Assembly (NCBI GenBank): GCA_023213395.1
Contig: CM041465.1
Coordinates: forward strand, 204,111,741 to 204,175,740
Direction: 5' to 3'
Origin: Cycas panzhihuaensis
Lineage: Eukaryota > Plantae > Cycadophyta
DNA: 64,000 nt
The position numbers and the translations under genes were made by a program. Of the stretch, positions 49,801 to 62,200 are shown piece after piece (the stretch's first letter is position 1; every line of letters starts with the position of its first letter). The notes under the pieces were generated by a model. The model saw only the letters and a program-made list of their open reading frames with translations. It did not search any database and was not told the DNA's origin.

Positions 49801-51350
49801 GGATGGTGAGCCAGTTAGGCGAAAAAGTTTGCCATCAAGAATTCCAGTCATAACCACAACATTTGAAGGAGGGTGAATGACACAGAGAGTTTAATTGTTT
49901 GCAGTTACACTCAGATCAAATCCACGAGAGACAAGGGTGGACAGGGAGAGCAGATTCTACTTTAGAGCAGGAATATATAAAACATCAACAAGTGTAAAAT
50001 CTGGAAGGCACAGGAGTTTCAGCAAACAGCCCAAGTCCTTCGATTTGGTTGAGATGATTTGTCGACCATGTGTACAACACCACGAACTTGAGTCAAAATC
50101 TTGAAAGAGCTGGCGATGACAAGTCATGTGTTGTGTTGCTCCAAAGATCCATGATCCACGATGAAGTATTTGAGGTAGCACTATTTGCAACTCCAAGTGG
50201 TGAAGGCAAAAGTGAATAAGCATAGCCACAATGAGCCTCAATATCCTTAGTGGATCTATCAACAACATTTGATGAAGTGGTCCTAATTCTTTGAAGGTGT
50301 GCATGAGCAAATTGCATTCCACCAAAAGCATCTTCAAAAGAAGTATTATCAACATTATGTGCACCATGGTGCTGTTGATAACTTGGTAGTTTATTGGTGG
50401 CAGTTTTGCAATTTTTGGCATAATGTCCTCTTCTATTACACCTTTGGCACACGATTGTTTGATTTCCAGTCCAAGTATTGGGCTGGTTGGATTGTCTCTA
50501 ATTACTGGATCTAGGTCCAGGTTGATTATTTTGGCCTTGGCCTTGAGACTGTTTTTGTTGGAATTGAGGAGCCTGTTGACTAAGAGGACGTTGTCCTTGT
50601 TGTCTACCTCTTCCTCTTCCACGGGAATTACCACCTCTACGAGAGTATTGACCTTGATTTTTGGTGTAACAAAGATCTTCTTCCACTTCAAAAGCAGCAT
50701 CAACTGGATCTGATGTAGTGGCAAATCTGGTATCAAAGGTCTTATCAAATTCAATGAACTTATCAGCAAGACCCTCAAAGTTTATGGTCTTCAAAGTGCC
50801 ACTAGATTAAAGACTCCCCAATAGATTTTTATAATCTGGGATATGAAGACATGACTGAATCAAGAAAGCCCATGTAATGCATTGAGTTTTAAAATCTTTA
50901 TCAATGGCTTGCTTGATTGGACGAAGGAGATTGATTGTCTCACTTGCATGTCCTTTCTGCATTTTCAATTTGTTCATCTTCAGCACTAAGTGAACAAATT
51001 CTAAGTCTAATTTAGTGTCAAAGTTCTTCTTAAGAAGTTCAAGAACTTTCCATGCTGTATCATGTATAGCTTCATCAATGAGATTATGCAGGGAATAATC
51101 AGTGACAAGCAAGATCCTGCACGGATTTTATCATCATCAAGTTCCCATTCGCGTTTAGCGGCTTGATGGGCGGTTGGAGCACCTCCTGCTGAAGCGGTTG
51201 TGTGGTAGTCAGAATGCAACGGTGGTGTAGGTTGTAAGTGATCTCTCCATAGACCTTCATACTTTGCGGCATTTCGACACCGATGAACCACATGTCCCAA
51301 TTTTCTTTCCTTTTAGAATGGTTCACATTTTGCTTGAATTGTGAAGACAT
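46849..51350 (-). pseudogene. Copia gag-pol with many frameshifts
   Basis: Motifs CQRCNRRGHYAKNC, LWHARMGH, VHSDICGP, DNGGEY, QLDVKTAFLNG, FVDDML and ADIFTKPL. Confidence 0.95.
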
Positions 51351-51513
51351 TATGTCTTTTAGAAGGGAAGAAATGAATAAGGACTATAAAAGTGATGGCA
51401 ATAAATGACCGATCACTATTTACAAATGGGAAATGTAATGAAGTAGTGTAGAAGAAGGAAGAAGAAGTGAGAATGGTTGCTCAAAGATGAAGGGAGCAAC
51501 TTAGAGAAAAGTC

Positions 51514-51640
51514 ACCAACACTTGTGACAAATATTATCTTGACGCAGCAGGAATATGAGAAGCACTATGATAAAAATTGGCCACTAACACTTGTGGCAAA
51601 TATTAACCTGACACAACAGGAATATGAGAAGCACTATGAT
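51514..51640. repeat. 69-bp tandem duplication in the Copia leader
   Basis: aacacttgtg.caaatatta...caggaatatgagaagcactatgat occurs twice. Confidence 0.85.
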
Positions 51641-52304
51641 TGTGATTACACTATGGATCACTTTTTACAAATAAGTAAGTGATCAATATACAAGATTGTA
51701 GGCCAATGTAGAAGCTGACATCATTGGGTTTACACAACTTGAAACTCAAATGTAGGATGTGTAATCAACCCAATAACCTCTAACTTGTGTCCAACGTCTA
51801 GTTGAGGTTGTTGAAGGGATGCCTAGGCTTCTAGTAGAATTAAGTTGGCCTTCACCCGCGATACCTGCAATTGTGCTTGGTGATGAAATCCAAGTCACAA
51901 CGGAGCCCAGGTACTCCCAATTCTCACCCAGTTCACCAATGAGCAGCTATATACCTCCTCTAAAGAGTGGTACGTGCATACCCATGGCTATGACGGATAT
52001 TGGATCGGGTATATTTTAATCTTGTATTAAAGTTTCAGTTTTCCCAGTTGGTTATCAAGATGATTCCTGATTGAGGTACGATGGTATGGCTAACCAAACC
52101 TCACCAATATTCTGGTTTAATCCAATCCCAACTTGAAACCCACACCTCCTTTATGGCACGGCATACTGCCAACCAAGGTATCTCAACCTTGGCGAGTGTG
52201 TGAACAGGTACAAGATGGCGGAAAATAGCGTACGTGATGCGTTCCTTTTAGGAAGAGTGAAAAGATTATCGAATTGCATCAAACGTACATTCAACTGAAA
52301 ATAA

Positions 52305-52394
52305 TGCTTGCTTGGAGTGCTTTTGGAGCGCTTGCTTGAAGTGCTTGCTTGAAGTGTCTTTGGAGTGCTTGCTTTGAGTGGTTTTAGAGTGCTG
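52305..52394. repeat. short degenerate tandem array of 11-13-bp units (gtgcttgcttgga-like)
   Basis: Read directly. Confidence 0.75.
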
Positions 52395-52817
52395 AAATGC
52401 AATGCTAATAAGTGAGTGAGGACACCAGATATTGCTTTGATCTAGGTGGTTTTTTTCCACTTTTACAATGGGCTTTTAAGTCTTATAAAAAGGAAGAAAT
52501 TTTCTTTTTTTTTTTTTTTTTCTTTTTTTTTTGTTAATACAAAAAAAGTACTCTTCACTAAATCAACAATAACTTTCTCCCATGATGTCGAAATGGAGTG
52601 CCAGTTTTTGTGTTGCAAACTAGACTCAAAGCTTCATCTTCAGGAAGTGGAATCAGGTCCAAATGAGTTCTGGAAAGTTTTTGACCCATAAAGTTAGGAA
52701 ATTATATTTTTCCATAATTCTTACTAAAAATAACTGTTGTTCACTAAAACAGCAATAACTTCCTCATACGACATCCAAATTAGGTGCCGGTTTTTGCGCT
52801 GGAAAGTAGACTCAGAG

Positions 52818-55145
52818 CCCCATCTTTGACAATTGGAATCATTTCAATTGGATCTCTGTAGAAGATTTTGCAGACCTGTGAAGTTCAGCAATCAAATTGT
52901 ATTTCTGTAGAAATTTCAGCTTGCTAATATCTCATTAACACATGATACCATATGAAATTTCCATCATTTTTTTATCACTAGGATCCCAATATGGGTAAGG
53001 TGAGAGCATACAATGATAGATATTTTAAATGGCTCGAAATTCTTTAAAAAAAATCGGTAAAACCTCCCCTTACAATAATTCTTCTAAATGCTGGAAAATT
53101 TTCAGTAGCATTTCCCCTTGTTAAATGGACAAAAAAGGGAAAAGAAAAAGAAAAAATGAGATAGCATGAATGGCCAGCAAAGGATTGGAATCCTTAGGCC
53201 TTATAACTCCTTGTATTATGCTTCCAAACCTACAAAAGAGAAAGGAAAAGCAAACAATACAAAATATGCTATCATAATAACTTGAAAATATTTCTAAATT
53301 CACTTTCACAATCTCCTTCACCACATGGATTGTGGGGGAGAAGGAAGTGATGGCTCCATTGCAAGTGCAAGTGGGGAATATGAAGGAAGCAAGCTCTAAT
53401 ACCACATGAAAAGAGTGGATCTATCCTTCATCTCCATGCACTAAACACAAAGGCAAACATGAGAGCAAGAGAGACTTGAGAGAAAGAAAGTAGCTCTCAC
53501 AAAATGGGGAGGTAAGAATGAAGCTCCTTCATTGAGCTTTTGCTTTTATATTGAGAAATGGAGCATTAGAGTTAGGTGAAATGAAATTACACATAATGCA
53601 CATGAAAGTGCATTTCACTTAAGTGATCTAATTTAAAGTTCACTTAAGACCCTTTTTCGAAATAATCAACTAATGTAATGACCTTATGTCATTAACCCTT
53701 TTCATGAAAATGGTTACTTACAGGATCTTCTTCAGACTAACAAGCCACAATAAAGAATCAGGATTTACACTTGCTAGAGCAGCTACATCAACATCGTTAC
53801 TACAGAATTGAAGATGGAAATCAAGCTGAAGATATCATCTTACAAATGCATCAGTACAGAATTGAAGATGAAAATCAAGATGAAGACATCATTATGCAGC
53901 CAAGACATCACTACAAGATCGAAGACAACGATCAAGTTGAAGACATCATTTTCAAGACATTTCCAAGGACAAGGTGTTGCTCCCCCATCTTTGACAATTG
54001 GAATCACTTCAATTGGATCTTTGTAGAAGATTTTGCAGACCTGTGAAGTTCAGGAATCAATTTGTATTTCTGTAGAAATTTCAGCTTGCTAATATGTCAT
54101 TAACACATGATACCATATGAAATTTCCATCATTTTTTAATCACTAGGATCCCAATATGGGCAAGGTGAGAGCATACAATGATAGATATTTTAAATGGCTC
54201 GAAATTCTTTTTAAAAAATTGGTAAAACCTCCCCTTACAATCATTGTTCTAAATGCTGGAAAATTTTCAACAGCATTTCCCCTTGTTAAATGGACAAAAA
54301 AGGGAAAAGAAAAAGAAAGAATGAGATAGCATGAATGGCCAGCAAAGGATTGAAATCCTTGGGTCTTATAACTCCTTGTATTATGCATCCAAACCTGCAA
54401 AAGAGAAAGGAAAAGCAAACAATACAAAATATGCTATTATAATAACTTGAAAATATTTCTAAATTCACTTTCACAATCTCCTTCACCACATGGATTGTGG
54501 GGGAGAAGGAAGTGATGGCTCCATTGCAAGTGCAAGTGGGGAATATGAAGGAAGCAAGCTCTAATACCATATGAAAAGAGTGGATCTATCCTTCATCTCC
54601 ATGCACTAAACACGAAGGCAAACATGAGAGCAAGAGAGACTTGAGAGAAAGAAAGTAGCTCTCACAAAATGGGGAGGTAAGAATGAAGCTCCTCCATTGA
54701 GCTTTTGCTTTTATATTGAGAGAGGAAGCATTAGAGTTAGGTGAAATGAAATTACACATAATGCACATGAAAGTGCATTTTACTTAGGTGATCTAATTTA
54801 AAGTTCACTTAAGACCCTTTTTCGAAATAATCAACTAATGTAATGACCTTATGTCATTAACCCTTTTCATGAAGATGGTTACTTACAAGATCTTCTTCAG
54901 ACTAACCAGCCACAATAAAGAATCAGGATTTACACTTGCTAGAGCAGCTACATCAACATCGTTACTACAGAATTGAAGATGGAAATCAAGCTGAGAATAT
55001 TATCTTACAAACGCATCAGTACAGAATTGAAGATGAAAATCAAGATGAAGACATCATTATGCAGCCAAGACATCACTACAAGATCGAAGACAACGATCAA
55101 GTTGAAGACATCATTTTCAAGACATTTCCAAGGACAAGGCATTGC
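52818..55145. repeat. 1165-bp tandem duplication spanning the nested/host element boundary
   Basis: ccccatctttgacaattgg at 52818 and 53983; LTR starts at 53407 and 54572. Confidence 0.95.
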
Positions 55146-55749
55146 AAATACAAATGACCCAAATATACATTAAGGGAGAGTGTTAGAATATTAATGTACA
55201 TTTAATTTGTCCCACATGCAAGTGGGTCCTACTCTTCTATCATGACTTGTATTATAAATACACAATATTGTATATCATATTGTAATGATGTTGTAATGAT
55301 ATTTTGTTAATACGATAGAGGTACCTTAAGGGTACCGTTCGATCCTATGGAGGTGCTTTTGTTCTATTTGGTTCTATTTATGATTAGCTTATTGCAGGTC
55401 TATTTTCCAACATGGTTGCCAGCCATAATAAGCAATGGTGATGCCAATATCTAATTGACTCGGTACCACTACTAAATTCTGGAGTGCTCCTTCCTCAAAA
55501 CTACATAGGCAATGGGAACTTAAGCAACAGCTTTTTGGCTCTGTTCCACAGGTTCTATCCATCATCTGCCGTGCCCGCACCAGCCACACCCATGTTTTGG
55601 CGCTTTACTATTTTCCAAAGGAATGCAACAGTACCAACGCACCTTTAGTTTGAAATTCTGCAACTCCTATAATGTGCCTCCACCCAGATGAACCCATGTA
55701 ATATAGGTTTTCAAGCAAATTTAATCCTCTTAGCATGGATTCCCCTGTT

Positions 55750-57900
55750 AACCTAAATCATAGTGATCAGCGCCCGGATCTCCCCATGGGATATGCAACG
55801 GACGAAACTCACAGTGGAAGAATTGACAGACGATCTGACTCATTTGGGGCCTGATTTGCTGAAATTCATTGTGATGCGACCAGTCGTGGCAATCCACTCT
55901 AATTCTATCATATTGCAAAAAGAAACCAAGGTAAATTAAGCTCCCTGGATGACGGAGGCCCCAGTTCCATTGATCCCAATCCGGACCACCGCATACCGTG
56001 CATGAATGGCACAAATCTATTCGGAGTGATGTTGCAACTGCGAATCGAAAAATGCCACCATGAAACCATTTAACCAACCCCACCCTGTGTCTCTTATTCT
56101 ATGGGCTTGGTCAGGCTTGGATTTGACAGTAACCCCGCCTGTCATTGAAGTGTTTCGATTGACGGTTTCAAACTCACAGCTGGCTTTCGGATAGAACAAT
56201 GCAACATTGAATTTTCTGGACTGAATTTTCAATACTCAATTCCTACAGCTGAATAATGTTGCACTATCGAGGGTAAAATCCAAAGAGAAACGGGAACAAA
56301 ATAACGTTTGATAGCCAACTTCGCTGTTAGACTCAAGGCCTGGTTCCGGTACACAACTAGTTCGTGGTTTACCGTCAAACACAATCAGATAAAAAACTTC
56401 AGGGAAAAAAACAAGGAGCCCAAATAAACAAATAGATAAACCACGAACAACAATTCTGGATGTCATTAACTCTGATCAAATAATTCCATACCAACCCAAT
56501 ACAATAAATCAATCCCAGTCAATAATCCCCTCTTAAAACACCATGAAGCATGGTAATCGCGGGTCTTGGCCCTCTGAGTTATTTTATTGTTTATTCTTTT
56601 CAACCAAAACTTCGATCCTGGGAATGCTGCGCATGAAACATGCTGCTGACGGTGCTGTCGTACTTAACCATGGTGCAACCCAGTATGGCATTAACATACG
56701 AATCGAATTATATATAGGTCTAGAGTTCGAGTCTTACCTCCTTGCCGCACAAGTTTCTGAATAATGGATTCAACCTTCGAGCGAAGCAGCAAATAGTTAA
56801 TTATTCATAGATATATCTCCAACAATAAATGGTATACAATGCAAGGGAGTGTTTGAGTTGATCCAGAAGAAAGACATCTCTGCTACCAGGGAGCTGCTTC
56901 CCTCTTCCGGCTCGAACCCCTCTCATCAGCGCCCGCCCAGCTTTAGGGAGGATGTCCATAAGTTCGGCCAAGTATCAGAACCGATTATTAATTAATAAAT
57001 ATAATATTATCAACGGCCTCCCATGCGATTTGTGTGAACCGTGAACATTTTCTCGGTCTTCATTGTTTAAGAGCACGGTCACATGGGTGTGACCACCATT
57101 TGATTGACTTTGGGTTAAGAAGCCGCTTAGGGGGCTTTAAGTAGTCACCGCCGAACTTTAGTGGCTAGTCACATCTGGAGCCCAAGGTACATTTTTCTCG
57201 AGACGGGTGCTAGCACCGTAAGATAACTAAGGTAAGGCAGCTACCGAATTTCCTAAAGAAGGAAGTCCGCGCTATGAACAAAAATTTCAGGTCCGTCAAC
57301 GGAGCCTAAATATTTCTATTTCTATTTTTATTATTTTTAATATATCACGTTAAGGAGCATGGTCAAAGTCGAGGGATCCGGGCCGTCCGATTGGAAAGAT
57401 TTGATTTGGGGTATTTTTATTATTTTTAATATATCACGTTAAGGAGCATGGTCAAAGTCGAGGGATCCGGGCCGTCCGATTGGAAAGATTTGATTTGGGG
57501 GCGGGACGTTGTAGAGATATTTTGAGCACCCCATAGAATAGACTGCCAAATTGAGAAGTATTACCACGATGTAGACCGCGTGATGTTTTGTCGCTAATGT
57601 GAGAGGATGACCAATCACTAATACATGTTCACTGCTTACGATTCGATCCGACGACCTGATACCACCGGACGGCAACGTGGTGATTTACCAACCGTGTTAA
57701 TTTAAACGAGTGCTCCCAAAATGAGGGAAAACGGGGTAACCGACCGATGGTGAACGTAGGGCACCATGACAAAATGAGAATTGATTTCTTTTTCCGCGTT
57801 TAATATATATGCTGTCAAAATTAGCGGAAGGTCATGTTCCATCGTGTATGAGACCATGGGGCCAATGCGTGGTTGTGGCATGCCTCTCATGGTATGGTGT
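55750..57900. promoter_or_regulatory. CpG-rich non-TE island; candidate promoter or 5' end of an unidentified transcript
   Basis: CpG retention contrasts with the TE nest. Minus-strand donor AG|GTAAG at 56734-56740; reverse CCAAT, ACGT and GGGCC cores. Confidence 0.4.
57323..57500. repeat. 89-bp tandem duplication, apparently identical
   Basis: tatttttattatttttaatatatcacgtt...gatttgggg at 57323 and 57412. Confidence 0.95.
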
Positions 57901-58375
57901 CAATGAGCTGCCTATTGTGTTCACATCTAGTGCTCTTTTTACGAGGCACCTATGTGAGTCTTGGGAAATAGCCTATTAGGGTTCCAAGTTGGTCAACACA
58001 TTAATGCACCATATTAGAAAAACTAGCATTTTAGATATGTTTCAAATTAGGTAGTTGAAACTTTGTACTAGTATAGATTATAATGGCTACAAAATAACCA
58101 TTGATGTGCTTGATAAAATGGCCTTGATGGAGGTTATGTTTTATTCACCCATGGAAAAATTTTGGCACTCTTTGTGAAAAATTATGGCATCAAAAAAACA
58201 TTGGTTTGAAAAATTGAACTTTAATGTTGCACTTAAAGCTCGCAAGGTTGATTTCTTACCAACATGCTTATGTGCTAGATTGTTAACAACTCACAATGCC
58301 AATGTTAAAACCATACTTTAATAAATGTAAGAGAGAGAATTTCAATAAGAGCTTAATGCACCTGTTCAATTCTAT

Positions 58376-58535
58376 CACATTTTAAGTGAGAGTCTCGTGC
58401 ATTAATTACTAGCTTGCAAGCCATAACATATCTAGCCTCCACATATATGCATTAACACATTTTAAGTGAGAGTCTCGTGCATTAATTACTAGCTTGCAAG
58501 CCATAACATATCTAGCCTCCACATATATGCATTAA
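58376..58535. repeat. 80-bp tandem duplication, apparently identical
   Basis: cacattttaagtgagag...atgcattaa at 58376 and 58456. Confidence 0.95.
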
Positions 58536-59039
58536 ATGCATATAGTGAAAGATTAATGTGCTTTCCAAGACTCCTAGGATGCATGTTAACTCTTTGATTA
58601 ATGCAAATGCAAGCAATAGAGATACTTCCTCATATTAATCTACTCTTCTCCTTAACACTATTTATCTACCTTTCCCATGATGCAATTAATTTAGATTTTT
58701 ATATTTCCATTTTTTTTTAATTAATACAAAAAATCATGAGAAATATCCTAACTAGAGTTATGAGGTAATGATATTTCATAACATTAACCCTTATGAATAG
58801 GATATGGTCTCTCATATGATGGATCATCATATCCTAGTATTACTAAAATTTAATTTCAACCAAAGAAGACCATGTTTCCACCATAGGGCATTTGTTTACA
58901 CAAACAAAACAACCAACTTGCATTAAGTTGGCCAAAAATATTATATAGCCTAATATTATATTACATAGTGGGAGAGGATGCTTATAATAATTATTTCGTA
59001 GGGCCATACCATCGAATGATATAATATAATTAATATATT

Positions 59040-59720
59040 TGAGACATGTGAGCGCCATTCGAGACTTCGTCACGCAGGTCAGATTAAAAGTATAAATATA
59101 ACAATAAATATCATGTAATAAGCCAAAATTTGCGAACCCTATTCCATCGATCCGTCCTCGTGTCAAATATTAAAACTCGTGCGGTAACGGCTGGTAGATG
59201 ACGTCACTCATTTGTCGCAATATCAGTGAAATCGAGCCAGCTGCAATAATCCACCGTAAAGAAACCAGTGTACAGCTGTGTACCGTGTGTGTGGATGGGA
59301 CGACCCTGTTGGGATCGATCTTGCAACCTGCCAACCGACAAGCAACGCCATACAACCCCAAAACCAAACCCGACCTGTCTCGGTTGTCAGATTTATAATT
59401 ACCATTGGAATATGTTTTGGATTATTGTCATTCGAATGCGTTTTGAATAACAGTAACTGACGTATCGGTCACGAGCAAGAAAAGTGTTGCAATCGAATAG
59501 ACGGTACATTAAATTTTTGGAGATTTATCGTCAAAAATCTGCCACGTCAGAGTGTGTGTCAGCAATAGTTTCCTCCATGTCAACGTGGCCCAGTGTGTAC
59601 AGCTGGATGCGACGGTTAAATCTTACCGGACGTTGGTAAAACGTGCCTAAACTCCAACGACTTCCCCCCACCTTGCTCTTAAAACGAAGAGGACGGTTAA
59701 ATGATGGGACAAAAGGAAAC
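59040..59720. promoter_or_regulatory. CpG-rich cluster of plant cis-element-like motifs
   Basis: TGACGTCA (~59199), GCCACGTCA (59541), ACGTGGC (59583), repeated AACGG/GACGG, and CAGCTG three times. Confidence 0.5.
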
Positions 59721-62200
59721 GAAAGGGTTTGACTTTTTCATAGGGTTTGACTTTTTTTCCATTTTTTGTTTTTTTTTTTTTTGTTCGGATATGGCTGGAA
59801 GTATCTCCCACATGCCTAAAAAGATGGGGACATGATCTATGAGGGATTCCATTTAAATCCAAGGTGACACCATGCTTTCTGACCTCTATTAAATTTTAAA
59901 TCATTCATGTGTATTGAATACCCTTTCACTTTATTCTAACTAGGATTCATTTCCATAGGGGAAAGATCTTTGTTACTCTCGTGAGATATTCATGTGATTT
60001 GGACCATTAAATGATGCCCTAAAATAAATATGATTTGTCAAAATTCATCCAGATGTATTTCTAGCATGCATCCTATGAGACACTCTCAAGGTGGAGATAG
60101 TCACATACAAAGAAGGGGGATTGGGGTTGTTAGATAGTGAAAAGGGGAGTACATATGAATCTTATAAGGGTTGTTATGTAGTCATCAGATCAACATGCGA
60201 CCCACTATAAAAAATCAAATTATTTAATTGGATATTTCTATTGGAGTAGTTTACAATATTTTGAAACCAATTATTAATGCACTTGGCGGGTTTTAACTAC
60301 ACAAAATTTCCCTTTTACAATAAATTATAGCATTCCAAAAACATTAACTTCCTACCGACAACCAATAAGACTCAAACACTAGCTCTCAACTCCAACAACT
60401 TACCAATAATCCAATGCATACATATTTGTTAACATTTCATAATTCCAACATTATTTATTAGTTCACAATTCCACCAAAAAAAAAGATTAGACAATTTCAT
60501 AAGGAGCCCAATGGAAGATTTTGTCACCATTCAAGTAAGGGCCCATATTAATCGCAAATATAAAATATACAAGTATTATGATTTAACTCTCCTTTCTACC
60601 CCTATCATTCCACCTTTCTCATGTCATATTTAGCTTTTGTATATACTTACTTAGTAAAAACTAAGAGAAATACCACCATGATAAAGGGGTTTGATGAAAA
60701 TGATATTTCATGGCTTGACTCTTATTAATGGGATATGATATTTTCTATGATAAATCAACTCATGTATAAGTATTATTATTAAAAGCTATAAAATTTTAAC
60801 TAAACTATACAGCACAGCTGTGTACCGTGTGTGATGGGACGACCCTATTACCATTGGATTATTGTCATTCGAATGCGTTTTGAATAACAGTAAAGCAAGA
60901 AAAGTGTTGCAATCGAATAGACGGTACATTAAATTTTTGGAGATTTATCGTCAAAAATCTGCCACGTCAGAGTGTGTGTCAGCAATAGTTTCCTCCATGT
61001 CAACGTGGCCCAGTGTGTACAGCTGGATGCGACGGTTAAATCTTACCGGACGTTGGTAAAACGTGCCTAAAAACGACTTAAACACCTTGCTCTTAAAACG
61101 AAGAGGACGGTTAAATGATGGGACAAAAGGAAACGAAAGGGTTTGACTTTTTCATATCACGTTTTTTTTTTTCCATTTTTTTTTTGTTCGGATATGGCTG
61201 GAAGTATCTCCCACATGCCTAAAAAGATGGGGACATGATCTATGAGGGATTCCATTTAAATCCAAGGTGACACCATGCTTTCTGACCTCTATTAAATTTT
61301 AAATCATTCATGTGTATTGAATACCCTTTCACTTTATTCTAACTAGGATTCATTTCCATAGGGGAAAGATCTTTGTTACTCTCGTGAGATATTCATGTGA
61401 TTTGGACCATTAAATGATGCCCTAAAATAAATATGATTTGTCAAAATTCATCCAGATGTATTTCTAGCATGCATCCTATGAGACACTCTCATGGAGATAG
61501 TCACATACAAAGAAGAGGGGGTGTTAGATAGTGAAAAGGGAGTACATATGAATCTTATAAGGGTTGTTATGTAGTCATCAGATCAACATGCGACCCACTA
61601 TAAAAATCAAATTATTTAATTGGATATTTCTATTGAGTAGTTTACAATATTTTGAAACCAATTATTAATGCACTTTATGGTTTTAACTACAACAAATTAT
61701 TTATAAATTATAGCATTCCAAAAACATTAACTTCCTACCGACAACCAATAAGACTCAAACACTAGCTCTCAACTCCAACAACTTACCAATAATCCAATGC
61801 ATACATATTTGTTAACATTTCATAATTCCAACATTATTTATTAGTTCACAATTCCACCAAAAAAAAAGATTAGACAATTTCATAAGGAGCCCAATGGAAG
61901 ATTTTGTCACCATTCAAGTAAGGGCCCCATAAATTAATCGCAAATATACAAGTATTATAATTTAACTCTCCTTTCTACCCCTATCATTCCACCTTTCTCA
62001 TGTCATATTTAGCTTTTGTATTCTTATACTTAGTTACTAGTAAAAACTAAGAGAAATACCACCATGATAAAGGGGGTTTTGATGGTGAAATGATATTTCA
62101 TGGCTTCGACTCTTATTAATGGGATATGATATTTTCTATGATAAATCAACTCATGTATAAGTATTATTATTAAAAGCTATAAAATTTTAACTAAACTATA
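59273..62200. repeat. ~1.4-1.5-kb tandem duplication (59273-60809 and 60814-62200)
   Basis: Both copies start cagctgtgtaccgtgtgtg and end aaaattttaactaaactata; the second copy has deletions near its start. Confidence 0.95.

Larger units (their letters stand above)
46088..54869 (-). mobile_element. Ty1/Copia element with a ~2-kb leader; three LTR copies because of a later duplication
   Basis: 298-bp LTRs at 46088-46385, 53407-53704 and 54572-54869. TSD TGAAG at 46083-46087 and 54870-54874 (TGAAA at 53705). Met-type PBS 53393-53404; PPT 46387-46398. Confidence 0.95.
43685..55412 (+). mobile_element. non-autonomous gag-only Copia-type element (~2.9 kb without the nested insertion and duplication)
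   Basis: 232-bp LTRs 43685-43916 and 55181-55412 (~12 differences). TSD TGGTT at 43680-43684 and 55413-55417. PBS tggtatcagagc 43917-43928; PPT 55171-55180. Confidence 0.95.

Noticed and set aside
49957-50778. 273-aa hydrophobic ORF as a possible env-like gene
   Set aside because: It is mostly an alternate frame of frameshifted gag/protease, within gag rather than after pol.
53121-54768. Repeated short ORFs (94, 91 and 73 aa) suggesting a gene family
   Set aside because: By-products of the 1165-bp duplication of LTR, leader and host-element DNA.
55748-56083. RPQMSQIV, resembling a receptor-kinase C-terminal motif
   Set aside because: No other kinase subdomains were found nearby; likely chance.
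59805-59816. TCCCACAT resembling the plant snRNA upstream element
   Set aside because: Does not match RTCCCACATCG fully, and no snRNA sequence follows.
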